A program made the translations under genes and the position numbers. Below are positions 39,877 through 50,148 of a stretch of DNA of 64,000 nt, one piece after another; position 1 is the first letter of the stretch, and every line of letters starts with the position of its first letter. The stretch is from the IMG/VR virus record IMGVR_UViG_3300035501_000471, one strand, 5' to 3'. Source of the DNA: a virus. Taxonomy: Duplodnaviria > Caudoviricetes. The notes beneath the pieces are model-generated. The model had not been told where the DNA came from, did not search any database, and worked only from the letters and a program-made list of their open reading frames with translations.

Positions 39877-42800
39877 TTATTCAAAACTTCCGGCTGCGAT
39901 TGAACCAGTCTTTAATACTGTCAATCTTTGTGCCAAAATTTCCATGCCTCGTACAGGTTCAATGTAAATATCTATAATACCCATGTTATTATCGATCACT
40001 TCCGAAGTATTATTGGTAGTATCCATAACAGTCTTATAGTCATATACACCATTGTTATTTTTAACTGTTTCAAGGAAGTCATCAACTAATGTCTTAATTT
40101 CAAGTCGAGATTGTGCAGTATTATATTCAAATACATATTTTCTCAAGATTGTTTCAACATTGTCTTGAATATAAATACAAGCTTCTCTAACATGAATAGA
40201 ACTTAAAGCTGACTTAGGACTTTGTTTAGCGGTCTTGTTAGCATATACTTCAACACCAACACCATTTTCCCAGATGATTGAATTGATACCAACGGGTTCC
40301 AAGTAATCTCTGTTTTCATGGATAAGAGTTGCTTCTACACCTACAACTTGGTTTCCTGAAATGACACCACGTTTTTGACCAGCTACTATTGCCCATGCTT
40401 GTGAATTACTATATTTTTGGATATATAGATTTGATACATAAGCGGCGGGTGGAACAGTCTTAACAGCAGACAAATCAGAAATCTTCAAATAAGGATAGTA
40501 ATAAGCACCCCAAGAAGCTCCATTTTCAAGTTTAGGTAATGAATATAAGAATGTAGGATTCTTAGATGCATCACCTCCGTCGGCGATATATTCAACATCT
40601 ACACTACCAACCTTATTGATGAATGAAGGATCTGTTGATTTCTTAAAGTCAGCTTGTGAAGGACAGTTAATGATGGCCAATGCTGATTTTCTACCCTGAC
40701 AAAGTAAAGTATATACACTCTTACATTCTTCTTCAAGACCATAACCAAAGGTATCTACTAAGTATCTCCATTGAATATAATCTCTGTCACAAAGTGATTT
40801 ATAAAGATTTGAGGTAGTTGAATCATAGAGAGGTTCTTCTCTCAACATATCAAGGATTTCATTTTGACGTTCATTTGTTCCATTAGGACAAGCATCTTTT
40901 CTAATTGATAGACCTTTCAAACAAGTCCATTGGAATCTGTCAGCGATTTTATCAACAGGTGTAATCTTAACAATGAAATTATTGTCATAACCATGTGCTT
41001 TGTAAATCTTATCGGCACAGATAACTCTTAAACCTGCGAACTTACCATCCTTATCATATACCTTACGTGTTTCAACAACTCTGGTAACTCTTGAATATTT
41101 ACCATTAACAGTAGGTGTAAAGTCATCACCATTATCAGAATTCGTATCAGAACTTACAACATCACCATCTTCAGTGGTTGTTGTATATCCATTTCCATAA
41201 TAAGATACAAGATAATCACCAGCGATAATATTTGCGTCAGTAGAAAGAATTACTTCATTATCTTTTGTGACATATATATTATCCGCATTTCCATCTTTAG
41301 AAGTATAGAAAATGTCATCAGATACTACAATTTCAGACCAAATTTTATTTGCTTCTGTAAATGAAATTATAGACCAACTATAAGCTCCAGAGGCATCTGT
41401 TGTAACTGATACAGTTGTCTCTCCACTGTCAGTTTTAATAGTTTTTGATCCAGTACCACTACAATCAGCATATACCTTTACATTATTACTTGTAACATAA
41501 GTTGTATTTGTATATAATATATCAGTATTGTCTATATGATTATCATTATCTGGATATGTACGATACCAAGCAAAAGGATAAGGACAACCTTCTGTATCAT
41601 GGTCATCTAATGTTGATGAAGCTCTTGTGTAATATCTCGTGTCATATATATACCCAACTTTTGTATCACTAGATTTCTCGGCAAACTGAATTGCGATTAC
41701 TTGACTAACATCATTATATGTGTACTTATATGACAAGAAATCAAAACTTAAATTTCCTAAATCATTAGCATTGTTGGATATATTATCAATATGATTAATA
41801 ATATTTGCATATGTGTTATGACCAATTAAGTCAACTCTTTCATTGATTACATCAGCATCAAGGTCAACACTTTCAATTTTATTAACATTTTCAGCACATA
41901 CAAGTCCGATAGTGTCAGTGTCATCATTTACTTGTTTTACAATCCAGATATTCTTACCCAATTTGTCAACAAAGTTAGGGATTAATGAACCTACATACTT
42001 AGCCAACAAATTCACAGATGACAAATTCAAAAATTTAGTCAACTTAGAATCCATTGTTTGAGAATCACTATCTCTACGTTTGAAACCGTTTTCATCAAAA
42101 TAATCTTGATAATTAATATCTGATTGGAATCTTTGATAAGGATTTGATGATGATGTGTAGTATGTTAGAATTTCATTACCTGAACCTCCATTATCAGAAT
42201 TATCATCATCTAAATTGACAGATGAAGTTACGTTTGTACCTGTTAATGAGGGACCGAAATCACCTTGAACAACATATACTTCAACCATATAATCACTTAC
42301 ATATGAAGTTGAATTTAGGTATTCAGGAACATCACCTTCACCATACCATTCGGCAAGTGTTAAGTTATAACCTTTTACACTATTATCACTTGCTTTCTTT
42401 ACTAATATTGAAATAGGTTTCTTACCAACATTAGTGAAACTTAAAATACCATCACTATAATTATATGATGTTTCAGTATCTATATTTAGTCCATTACCTA
42501 AATACATATCAATTCCATTAAGAAGTGATTCATCATCAATATACCAGAATTTATCAGTATTATAAACACCAGTTACAGGTAAAGTAATCTTCTTTTTATT
42601 ATCAGAAACTGTATTAACTGAAAATACTTGTGTCTGAATTTGGTCTTTATCTGGATCAAGATTTAATAGGTTCAAACAGAGAATAGGTGATGTGTTCAAT
42701 GCCACTAAAGCACTTCTGTGAAAGTATGAACCTTTCTTCTCTAACGAACGATCGATGTTACCATAAAGTTTGATGAACTGTGATGCACTCGTTACTAACT

Positions 42801-42951
42801 TTGGTGTATTGAATGGACCGATTTTACTGAAACCTACTACCAATCGAAGATTAGAATACGATGTGGTGTCATTTGAAATCGTAGACAGGTCTCTCTCAAA
42901 ACGATATGTTCCTGCTGATCTCAAATTCAAAAGTTCGGAATCTAAAGCCAT
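39877..42951 (-). CDS. Tail sheath protein (T4 gp18-like)
   Basis: SAGTYRFERDLS, GPFNTP, VPPAAYV, AGQKRG, YVFEYN, IDIYIEP; CATAAATA at 42977-42984. Confidence 0.9.
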   Translation of the reverse strand: MALDSELLNLRSAGTYRFERDLSTISNDTTSYSNLRLVVGFSKIGPFNTPKLVTSASQFIKLYGNIDRSLEKKGSYFHRSALVALNTSPILCLNLLNLDPDKDQIQTQVFSVNTVSDNKKKITLPVTGVYNTDKFWYIDDESLLNGIDMYLGNGLNIDTETSYNYSDGILSFTNVGKKPISILVKKASDNSVKGYNLTLAEWYGEGDVPEYLNSTSYVSDYMVEVYVVQGDFGPSLTGTNVTSSVNLDDDNSDNGGSGNEILTYYTSSSNPYQRFQSDINYQDYFDENGFKRRDSDSQTMDSKLTKFLNLSSVNLLAKYVGSLIPNFVDKLGKNIWIVKQVNDDTDTIGLVCAENVNKIESVDLDADVINERVDLIGHNTYANIINHIDNISNNANDLGNLSFDFLSYKYTYNDVSQVIAIQFAEKSSDTKVGYIYDTRYYTRASSTLDDHDTEGCPYPFAWYRTYPDNDNHIDNTDILYTNTTYVTSNNVKVYADCSGTGSKTIKTDSGETTVSVTTDASGAYSWSIISFTEANKIWSEIVVSDDIFYTSKDGNADNIYVTKDNEVILSTDANIIAGDYLVSYYGNGYTTTTEDGDVVSSDTNSDNGDDFTPTVNGKYSRVTRVVETRKVYDKDGKFAGLRVICADKIYKAHGYDNNFIVKITPVDKIADRFQWTCLKGLSIRKDACPNGTNERQNEILDMLREEPLYDSTTSNLYKSLCDRDYIQWRYLVDTFGYGLEEECKSVYTLLCQGRKSALAIINCPSQADFKKSTDPSFINKVGSVDVEYIADGGDASKNPTFLYSLPKLENGASWGAYYYPYLKISDLSAVKTVPPAAYVSNLYIQKYSNSQAWAIVAGQKRGVISGNQVVGVEATLIHENRDYLEPVGINSIIWENGVGVEVYANKTAKQSPKSALSSIHVREACIYIQDNVETILRKYVFEYNTAQSRLEIKTLVDDFLETVKNNNGVYDYKTVMDTTNNTSEVIDNNMGIIDIYIEPVRGMEILAQRLTVLKTGSIAAGSFE

Positions 42952-43037
42952 ATTATTTAATCTTATTTATATACGTTATTTATGAAAAAAAAGGTGTTGA
43001 AAAATTTATCAGCACCTTCTCAATTTCTTTACATTAA

Positions 43038-43631
43038 TTAGTTGTAAATGGGAAGTCCTACTGTTTCTTCATCCCAGACATCACACATAAATGTAATACT
43101 CAACTCGCTCGCTGCATTTGGGTCATCATAACTCTTATCACCCAAACCTGTCATTTGTCCAGTTGGGAATACCTGTGAACAAGTAATCTTTCGCCAAATA
43201 GAACCATCTCTATTATATTCTACAATTATCATCTGTCCGGTGTAACCTGCCTTTAATCCCATACCACCTGTCGCGGGGTTGTAAATTAAGTTATTCCACT
43301 TTCTAAGAGTAGTATAAATGTAGTTCTCATTATAATTATTCAAGTTCAAGGAGAATGTAATACCAAGTTCCAAGTGTGTACTGTCCGGACCACCAGCATA
43401 GTGACGTTCAGCTTGTTTAAATTTTTGAGTAGCTACACCGATTGAGGGATTTAAACCATCCAAACCACTGATAGATCTAACGTGTTCAAGTAGTAGAGTT
43501 GTTTCACCATCAATTTTAGTAACACCATCTTCATAATTAGGAGGTAAAATTGTAACCTCAAACAATGAAGGATTTACAACTTCATATTGATTTACTGAAG
43601 GTATGGAATTTTTGAAATGACTTAAACTCAT
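43038..43631 (-). CDS. Tail tube protein (T4 gp19-like)
   Basis: Adjacent to sheath; LRKWNNLIYNPATG, FPT, ITFMCDVW. Start moved to ATG 43631 because a CATAAATA lies at 43658-43665. Confidence 0.82.
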   Translation of the reverse strand: MSLSHFKNSIPSVNQYEVVNPSLFEVTILPPNYEDGVTKIDGETTLLLEHVRSISGLDGLNPSIGVATQKFKQAERHYAGGPDSTHLELGITFSLNLNNYNENYIYTTLRKWNNLIYNPATGGMGLKAGYTGQMIIVEYNRDGSIWRKITCSQVFPTGQMTGLGDKSYDDPNAASELSITFMCDVWDEETVGLPIYN

Positions 43632-43778
43632 TTTTTCAAATTTTATTATATTTAATGTATTTATGGATTTTTTTATTTCCAAATTGTCTTAATCTATTTA
43701 TGAAAAATCTCATAAATAAATTATGAGATTGAAGTGTGTGTCATTTTGACCACCCAATAATCAATATAAAAATTCTTT

Positions 43779-44507
43779 ATGGCTAAGAAAAAAGTTAAAG
43801 AAGTCAAGCAAGAAGCAGAGATTGTGATTGATAAGGATCCAATAACTCTCCTACCATTGCAATATCGCAATGAAAAACAAAGAATCCTCAGAGATGTAAT
43901 TAAGAACCATGACATTACAATAGTAGATGGATGTGCTGGAACAGGTAAAACATTCATTTCCATATATGAGGGATTATATAAATTACTATGTCGAAAATAT
44001 GATAAATTAATTTTGTGTAAGTCTGTCACAACAACACCGGGAGAGGACATTGGTTATATACCCGGAACAGTTGAAGAAAAAATGACACCTTATATTTTAT
44101 CATTTAAGGGTAACATGGAAAAGGTGTTTGAGAAAGAAGAACACGTAAAACGACTTTTTGACAATAAAATGATTGAAGTTTTACCTTTGGCTTACATTAG
44201 AGGTGTTACATTGGATAATTCATTTATTGTGATTGATGAAGTTCAAAATATTAGTATGGATTTATTCAAGTCAATCATCACGAGAATTGGAGATAATTCA
44301 AAAATGGTGTTTTTAGGTGATATTGAACAATGTGACTTTAATAGTGATAAGAGAAAAAAACAAAGTGCATTACAACATATCATAGAGATTTTTAAGGATG
44401 ATGAAGATGTGGGTTGTGTCCATTTTGAAGATGATGAATGTGTGAGAAACCCCATTATTCCTAAAGTATTGAATAAACTGAGAGAATTTGAGAAAACAAA
44501 AAATTAA
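43779..44507 (+). CDS. phoH: PhoH-like ATPase
   Basis: GCAGTGKT, GYIPG, YIRGVT, IDEVQN, TRIG, GDIEQCD, VRNP. Confidence 0.92.
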   Translation: MAKKKVKEVKQEAEIVIDKDPITLLPLQYRNEKQRILRDVIKNHDITIVDGCAGTGKTFISIYEGLYKLLCRKYDKLILCKSVTTTPGEDIGYIPGTVEEKMTPYILSFKGNMEKVFEKEEHVKRLFDNKMIEVLPLAYIRGVTLDNSFIVIDEVQNISMDLFKSIITRIGDNSKMVFLGDIEQCDFNSDKRKKQSALQHIIEIFKDDEDVGCVHFEDDECVRNPIIPKVLNKLREFEKTKN

Positions 44508-44510
44508 TAT

Positions 44511-45089
44511 ATGGGGAAATTTAAGATTGCGTCACATGATACAATGAGTTATCTAAAACCATTAAATTGGTATTATAAACCTTTTCATTTTGTCGCCAAG
44601 TGTCAGTCAAAGACAATTCAACAACAATACAATGATTATGGGATTAGATTATTTGACTTACGAATTAAATGGTATGATAAAGGTAACTGTTGGAAATTTG
44701 CTCATGGAAGTATGTTCTTTGACGGTGATGTAGATGAGGTTATCAGTTGGTTAAATGAACAAGGTGATTGTATGGTTAGATTGATTTTAGAATACAACAA
44801 GGCACCTAAAAACGAAACTGAAATCAAAAATAAATTTACAGAAACTGTTGAAGAATATATCAAGAAATATGATAAGATTGTATTTTTTGAATTTACCGCT
44901 AAGTGGAGTTGGGAGAGATTATATCAACCAACTGTATTTCCAGATATGTGGCAAGGAACATCTTCAATGACGTGGAAGATATGGGATGACTGGTATCCTT
45001 ACTTATATGCAAAAACATTTAACAAGGAAAATATTAATCAGGGTACATCTCATGAATATATGTTATTAGATTTTGTTGAGATACAATAA
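44511..45089 (+). CDS. PI-PLC-like phosphodiesterase (X domain)
   Basis: ASHDTMSY...CQSKTIQQQY..GIRLFDLRI...AHG. Confidence 0.7.
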   Translation: MGKFKIASHDTMSYLKPLNWYYKPFHFVAKCQSKTIQQQYNDYGIRLFDLRIKWYDKGNCWKFAHGSMFFDGDVDEVISWLNEQGDCMVRLILEYNKAPKNETEIKNKFTETVEEYIKKYDKIVFFEFTAKWSWERLYQPTVFPDMWQGTSSMTWKIWDDWYPYLYAKTFNKENINQGTSHEYMLLDFVEIQ

Positions 45090-45129
45090 AAATAAAGGAG
45101 AGGATTTTTAAGTTCCTCTCCTTTTTAAT

Positions 45130-46854
45130 TTATTTCTTTATATATTCTGAAAATGTCATCACTCGAAATGATTCACTCACATTATTATCTAAAATTTCTG
45201 GAATATTCTTCTGTCCATTTTTATTTGCTGAGTGAACAAAATACTTAGGGATAGGTAAATCATTTTCTTTACAATATTTAACCAACCACTTAGCACAGTC
45301 TTCACCATCTGGGTAGTCATTACCTTTTTCAATTCCATTACCTTTCTTCAAATCTCTATCAAATGAAATAAATTCAGGTAGTCCATTAGTTTCAATATAA
45401 TCTCTGAACTCATCTAAATTTTTAACCCATTTGAATTTTATATTTTTATATTTAGTATGGAGGTCATCATAGAATTTTTTGTTTCGTTGATATGCTCCAC
45501 TTTTACTTTCTTTACTCAAATATACTTCTGGGTTTCTTTCATCATCGAGCCATAGAATTTTCAAAGAATCATCATCGGTTAAGTCAGTTGTTTCCTTGTC
45601 TATTTTATCTATAGTTTTTTCAACAGTTGTAACTTCTACCTTTTCCGGTTCTGGATTTTTTAGTTCTTCTTTCTTATTTACTTTTTTTGGTTTCAGTTCA
45701 TCTTTAAGTGATTCGTGATGACCATAAACAGTTTTGGGAATAACCGCTAATGTAATAGGAAGAATTGATTTTACTCCATATTTTTGAAGTTCCAAGCAAA
45801 TGTCATCAAGGGTAGCTCCTGAAGAAATATTATCATCAAAAATTACAACATTCTTACCTTTGAGTTTTTGTTGGATACCATTTAAGTTAGGATTTATTTC
45901 AAACAAACCCTCAATAGAACGTCTTTTACTATCTTCCAATGACTTTATTTCAAAATTCTTAGCACGACCATCAGAACCTATTGTTTTATCTTTACCTCTA
46001 CGACCTTTTCTCAAAATCTTAGCTTGGTCTTGAAGATTTGCTAATAGTTCCTCTTTTTGTTTGAACTCTCTTGTAGGTCTTCCTTGTTTTCGATTAGCCT
46101 TTGTGTATAGAATTTCATCTTTCAAGTCATCAATCTTCAATCGTAGTTCGTACAAATCAGCATCTTTTTTCCAATGTTCAATATCTTGTTGTAGTTGGTA
46201 AATGTCCTTATCAGTCAATCCAACTTCATGAGCTTGTTCATAATTGATATATACCTTACGAATGTTTTTCGTCATTAGGTCAGGGATACATTTAATACCC
46301 GGTGAATCTTTATAACCTCTTAATATATATCCAACCATTTCTTTATTAAATGCTGATGAACTTTGAGGATATGTAATAATGTCAATAGGATTTTTCTTCA
46401 ATAGTTGACGAATATATAATGATGTACGTTTCATAAATTTGTCAATACTATCAAAATCAATATTACGATTTTCAAGTTCAGAATATTTGGTGGGGTGTTT
46501 TAGGGCCTTGGAAGCTCTCATGTCAGACAGTCTATAAAGATTGTATGATGTGACTCCACTTTTCTTTAATGGTACTTCAACAAAATCTAACTTTTTGGTT
46601 TCTGGATTAAAAATTCTGGTTGATGTTGAATCTGTATCATTTTTACCGGGCACGAACTTAAATGTTCTATCACCAGATTTTGAACCATGTGAAAAACCTT
46701 CTTCAAGTTCATCATCAACACACAACTCATCATAACCCATTTCATGTTCAGCATCCATTAACATTTGGATAAAATCAATGGTAGATATTCGATTATCTTC
46801 AAATTTCATATCTTTATCTTGACCTAATTGGAAATCTTCAAAAGATTTAATCAT
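45130..46854 (-). CDS. Phosphoribosyltransferase-fold protein fused to a receiver-like (cyclic-phosphate-processing REC-type) domain
   Basis: PQSSS and VVIFDDNISSGATL; C-terminal LWLDDER...ISFDRDL...G.DCAKWL...VHSAN; CATAAATA at 46885-46892. Confidence 0.72.
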   Translation of the reverse strand: MIKSFEDFQLGQDKDMKFEDNRISTIDFIQMLMDAEHEMGYDELCVDDELEEGFSHGSKSGDRTFKFVPGKNDTDSTSTRIFNPETKKLDFVEVPLKKSGVTSYNLYRLSDMRASKALKHPTKYSELENRNIDFDSIDKFMKRTSLYIRQLLKKNPIDIITYPQSSSAFNKEMVGYILRGYKDSPGIKCIPDLMTKNIRKVYINYEQAHEVGLTDKDIYQLQQDIEHWKKDADLYELRLKIDDLKDEILYTKANRKQGRPTREFKQKEELLANLQDQAKILRKGRRGKDKTIGSDGRAKNFEIKSLEDSKRRSIEGLFEINPNLNGIQQKLKGKNVVIFDDNISSGATLDDICLELQKYGVKSILPITLAVIPKTVYGHHESLKDELKPKKVNKKEELKNPEPEKVEVTTVEKTIDKIDKETTDLTDDDSLKILWLDDERNPEVYLSKESKSGAYQRNKKFYDDLHTKYKNIKFKWVKNLDEFRDYIETNGLPEFISFDRDLKKGNGIEKGNDYPDGEDCAKWLVKYCKENDLPIPKYFVHSANKNGQKNIPEILDNNVSESFRVMTFSEYIKK

Positions 46855-46897
46855 TTTATAAAGTTGATTATTTAGTTTATAGTTTATTTATGTTGTT

Positions 46898-47668
46898 TTA
46901 CCACAGGTTGTTAGTTTCTTTGAGGTAAAACTCTTTCTTAACTCGTTCGACTGAAATGTCATAGTAGTTTTTACTTATTTCAGTTCCTATGTATTTTCTG
47001 TCTAATCGTTCACAAACAGTACAAGTTGTTCCTACTCCTGAAAATGGATCATAAACGACATCATTTTTGAATGTGAATAGTTTTAATATTCTTTCAACTA
47101 ATTCTTCAGGAAACATAGCAGGATGACCAAACTCTTTCATCCTTCTTTCAGGTGATATATTCCACTTAGCGGTTGTCCATTTCTTAAACTCATCAGGAAC
47201 TATACTTATGTTTTCTTTATCACCAATATGTTTAGGATTATTTTTGAAGAAATACTCGATATATTCCCATGTACTTTTTAGATATGGTTTTGACGGACTA
47301 CACCAACTACCCCAAGCAGTAACAGGACAATTATAATTATTTTTTTCCCATATTATTTCACTCCCCCAAGTAAGACCACACTTAGTTAAAATGTTAGATA
47401 CTATATGATGTGTTGGATAATTCACTGTAAATATTGGTTGAACATTCACAAAAATTCGACCATCATCTTTCAAAATCCGGGCACATTCTTCAAATACTTT
47501 AGTCAACCATTCTTCATATTGGACTGGATTAAATGTGTCATCAAAACTATCATACTCCTTTTCAAACATATATGGTGGACTGGTAATAATACAATCTACA
47601 AAATTATCAGGTAGAGTTTTCATAAATTCCAAACAGTCCTCATTATATATTTTATTCAACTCTACCAT
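46898..47668 (-). CDS. DNA N4-C/N6-A methyltransferase, beta class
   Basis: TSPPY, HPAMFP, DPFSGVGTT. Confidence 0.92.
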   Translation of the reverse strand: MVELNKIYNEDCLEFMKTLPDNFVDCIITSPPYMFEKEYDSFDDTFNPVQYEEWLTKVFEECARILKDDGRIFVNVQPIFTVNYPTHHIVSNILTKCGLTWGSEIIWEKNNYNCPVTAWGSWCSPSKPYLKSTWEYIEYFFKNNPKHIGDKENISIVPDEFKKWTTAKWNISPERRMKEFGHPAMFPEELVERILKLFTFKNDVVYDPFSGVGTTCTVCERLDRKYIGTEISKNYYDISVERVKKEFYLKETNNLW

Positions 47669-48444
47669 AATTGATTTCCTTTATCATGTAGAAGAACCTC
47701 TATTCTTTTGTTAGCCAAGTTAAAGTATTCTTCTGTTATTTCAAATCCTATAAATTGTCTATTTGTGTTAATACAAGCTACCGCAGTTGTTCCACTTCCC
47801 ATACAGTTATCTAAGACTACTTCATTTTCATTTGTATAGGTCTTAACCAACCATTCAATTAATTCAACAGGTTTTTGTGTAGGGTGTTCTTCTCCATTAC
47901 ATAGGTGTTCTTTTTTGATTTTGACAACTGAACGAGGGAACTTATATTCACTTATTATAGGATTAATTACTCTGTCAAAATTACCATAACATTGATTTTT
48001 ATCTGTGTGTTCACCATTACCTATTGGATGATTCTTTCTATCAGGGGCATATTCCATTTGAGGATTATATGTACCAAGTTTTTTATAGAATACCATAATG
48101 TCCTCATGACTTCTCATAGGCATCCGTTTAGCATTTAAGAACCCCGTAGGTCTATCCTTTTCCCAGATTAAATTATATCTCCACAATGATGGGTTAGATG
48201 TCATTAAATTGGCTGAGAACATCCCCTGACCAAATAACACAATGACACCCTTATCTTTAATTATCCTTTCATATTGTTCCCATAATTGGTCAAAAGGTAT
48301 AACTGAATCCCACTTGGCGGATTTATTTCCTTTATTTAAGACACCATAAGGTAAATCACAACAAATCATATCAATGGACTTATCAGGTATTTTTGACATT
48401 CCAATGATACAATCTTCATTATATATTTTATTTAACTCTACCAT
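47662..48444 (-). CDS. DNA N6-A methyltransferase, beta class
   Basis: CDLPY, HPTQKP, DNCMGSGTT. Confidence 0.92.
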   Translation of the reverse strand: MVELNKIYNEDCIIGMSKIPDKSIDMICCDLPYGVLNKGNKSAKWDSVIPFDQLWEQYERIIKDKGVIVLFGQGMFSANLMTSNPSLWRYNLIWEKDRPTGFLNAKRMPMRSHEDIMVFYKKLGTYNPQMEYAPDRKNHPIGNGEHTDKNQCYGNFDRVINPIISEYKFPRSVVKIKKEHLCNGEEHPTQKPVELIEWLVKTYTNENEVVLDNCMGSGTTAVACINTNRQFIGFEITEEYFNLANKRIEVLLHDKGNQLW

Positions 48445-49319
48445 AAATTTGTTTCTTCATCATAACTTAAATAGAGGGATTCATAAACCATTGCATTTGA
48501 ATCCTTACCTATTGTCCTTTTGAAAGATGAATTACCAGATTTGATATATAAGTGATGATTATAACATTCAGTTGGAACATTACAAGTATTATCCACGTTA
48601 CCTGATTTTCCATCAAAAGACATAATGAACTTTATGTTATTTTGTTTTAATTTACTTAGTTCAGAAAAAAATTTGTCAAAGTCCAATCCACCAAAATACA
48701 TTCCCTTTGTGTTAAAATAAGGAGGATCCAGATATAGGAAATCATTTATCTTAGCCTGTGAAAATATATCTTCATATGAACAATGTCTGAACTCAATATC
48801 AACTTTATTTAACTTCTCAGACCATTCTTGTAAAATTGGTTGGAGATTATCAGGTGTTATGCCGTTTCTTGTTAAATGAAAAGAGTTATTAAATTCACCA
48901 TTTTTATTATATCTGGGCATACCATTAGTAGTTGTCCTCATAATAAAAAAGAAAATAAATGGATTGTGAGTTTTATTATATTCATCACGTTTCTGTTCAA
49001 AATATTTTCTTTTTATATCAACATCAGAAGTGGAATTTAGTTCAGTCCACATCTTTTTATATTGAGACATTATTTCATCCGGACAATTTTTTATTTTGTT
49101 CCATAGTGAAATCAAGTCACCATTTAAGTCAGAACAGACAATCTTTTTTACTGATATATCACTGTCTAACAACATTCTCATCATTGAACAACCACCACAA
49201 AATGGTTCATAATAAGTATCAATTTGTTGAGGAAAATATTGTATAATTTCCTTGGCTTGACTTCGTTTACTACCAGACCACTTTATGATTGGTTGAAATT
49301 TACCACAGACTTTGTTCAT
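48438..49319 (-). CDS. Dam-family (alpha class) N6-A methyltransferase
   Basis: KWSGSK, YEPFCGG, SDLN, YLDPPY. Confidence 0.92.
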   Translation of the reverse strand: MNKVCGKFQPIIKWSGSKRSQAKEIIQYFPQQIDTYYEPFCGGCSMMRMLLDSDISVKKIVCSDLNGDLISLWNKIKNCPDEIMSQYKKMWTELNSTSDVDIKRKYFEQKRDEYNKTHNPFIFFFIMRTTTNGMPRYNKNGEFNNSFHLTRNGITPDNLQPILQEWSEKLNKVDIEFRHCSYEDIFSQAKINDFLYLDPPYFNTKGMYFGGLDFDKFFSELSKLKQNNIKFIMSFDGKSGNVDNTCNVPTECYNHHLYIKSGNSSFKRTIGKDSNAMVYESLYLSYDEETNLW

Positions 49320-50148
49320 CTTTATGGTTTTTTAATGTTAGACCTTTGATATTTTCATAAAGATATTTGTATAACTTCATGACTGATATTTTCTTACTTG
49401 AAATTGAATTAGCATAGTTTCTTATTACATCAAAATCAAGTAATTTCAACATCTCTGATTTAATTCTTTCATCAGTACAATAGAAATAAACTTCCTGTGC
49501 AAACTCACCTATATGGGATGGTCTTTTTCCTAAACAACCATTTCCCCAATTACACATAGAATAACAAAAATCAGGTGAAATATCTTTGTTTTTACCTGTC
49601 ATATAATCACCATTCTTTCTACGATGTTCAATGATAGTTATTTCATTTAATTCATAGTTGGGTTTACTATTTAACTTACCTGATTTTGGTCGACGATAAA
49701 TGTTAAAACAACAATGTAAATCTCTATCTGTATAATGAGCTAATCCTAAATCCTCACTATAAATCAAATCAAATTTATATAACTTAATATCATTGTTGTA
49801 ACATGAAATTGGTAAAATGAAAGCAACATAATCACCTTCTTCCACACATTTGTTATAGAAATCTTGTATCAATTTATTGTGGACACCAAAAGGAGGATTA
49901 CCAATGAATAATCGACCTTTCTTATATGTTAAATTTAGTTTGAGAAAATCAGCTTGTATTATGTTTTCAGATTCAGGAACAATGTCATAAGCGATGCATC
50001 CTTCTATTTGATTAGAGAAAGAACCATCACCAGCACTTGGTTCGATTACTTCTGTTATGTTGTCTTTACCTATAATGTCAAAGGTTTTTTTAATTAACCT
50101 TTTAGATAGGTCAACAGAAGTATAGTATTTGTCATTATTAATCTTCAT
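49300..50148 (-). CDS. DNA N6-A methyltransferase, gamma-like
   Basis: DKYYT, IEPSAGDGSF, QADFL, GNPPF, AFILP. Confidence 0.85.
   Translation of the reverse strand: MKINNDKYYTSVDLSKRLIKKTFDIIGKDNITEVIEPSAGDGSFSNQIEGCIAYDIVPESENIIQADFLKLNLTYKKGRLFIGNPPFGVHNKLIQDFYNKCVEEGDYVAFILPISCYNNDIKLYKFDLIYSEDLGLAHYTDRDLHCCFNIYRRPKSGKLNSKPNYELNEITIIEHRRKNGDYMTGKNKDISPDFCYSMCNWGNGCLGKRPSHIGEFAQEVYFYCTDERIKSEMLKLLDFDVIRNYANSISSKKISVMKLYKYLYENIKGLTLKNHKDEQSLW

Noticed and set aside
43632-43682. 5' extension of the tail tube ORF
   Set aside because: TTG start, and a late box lies inside it; ATG 43631 is preferred.
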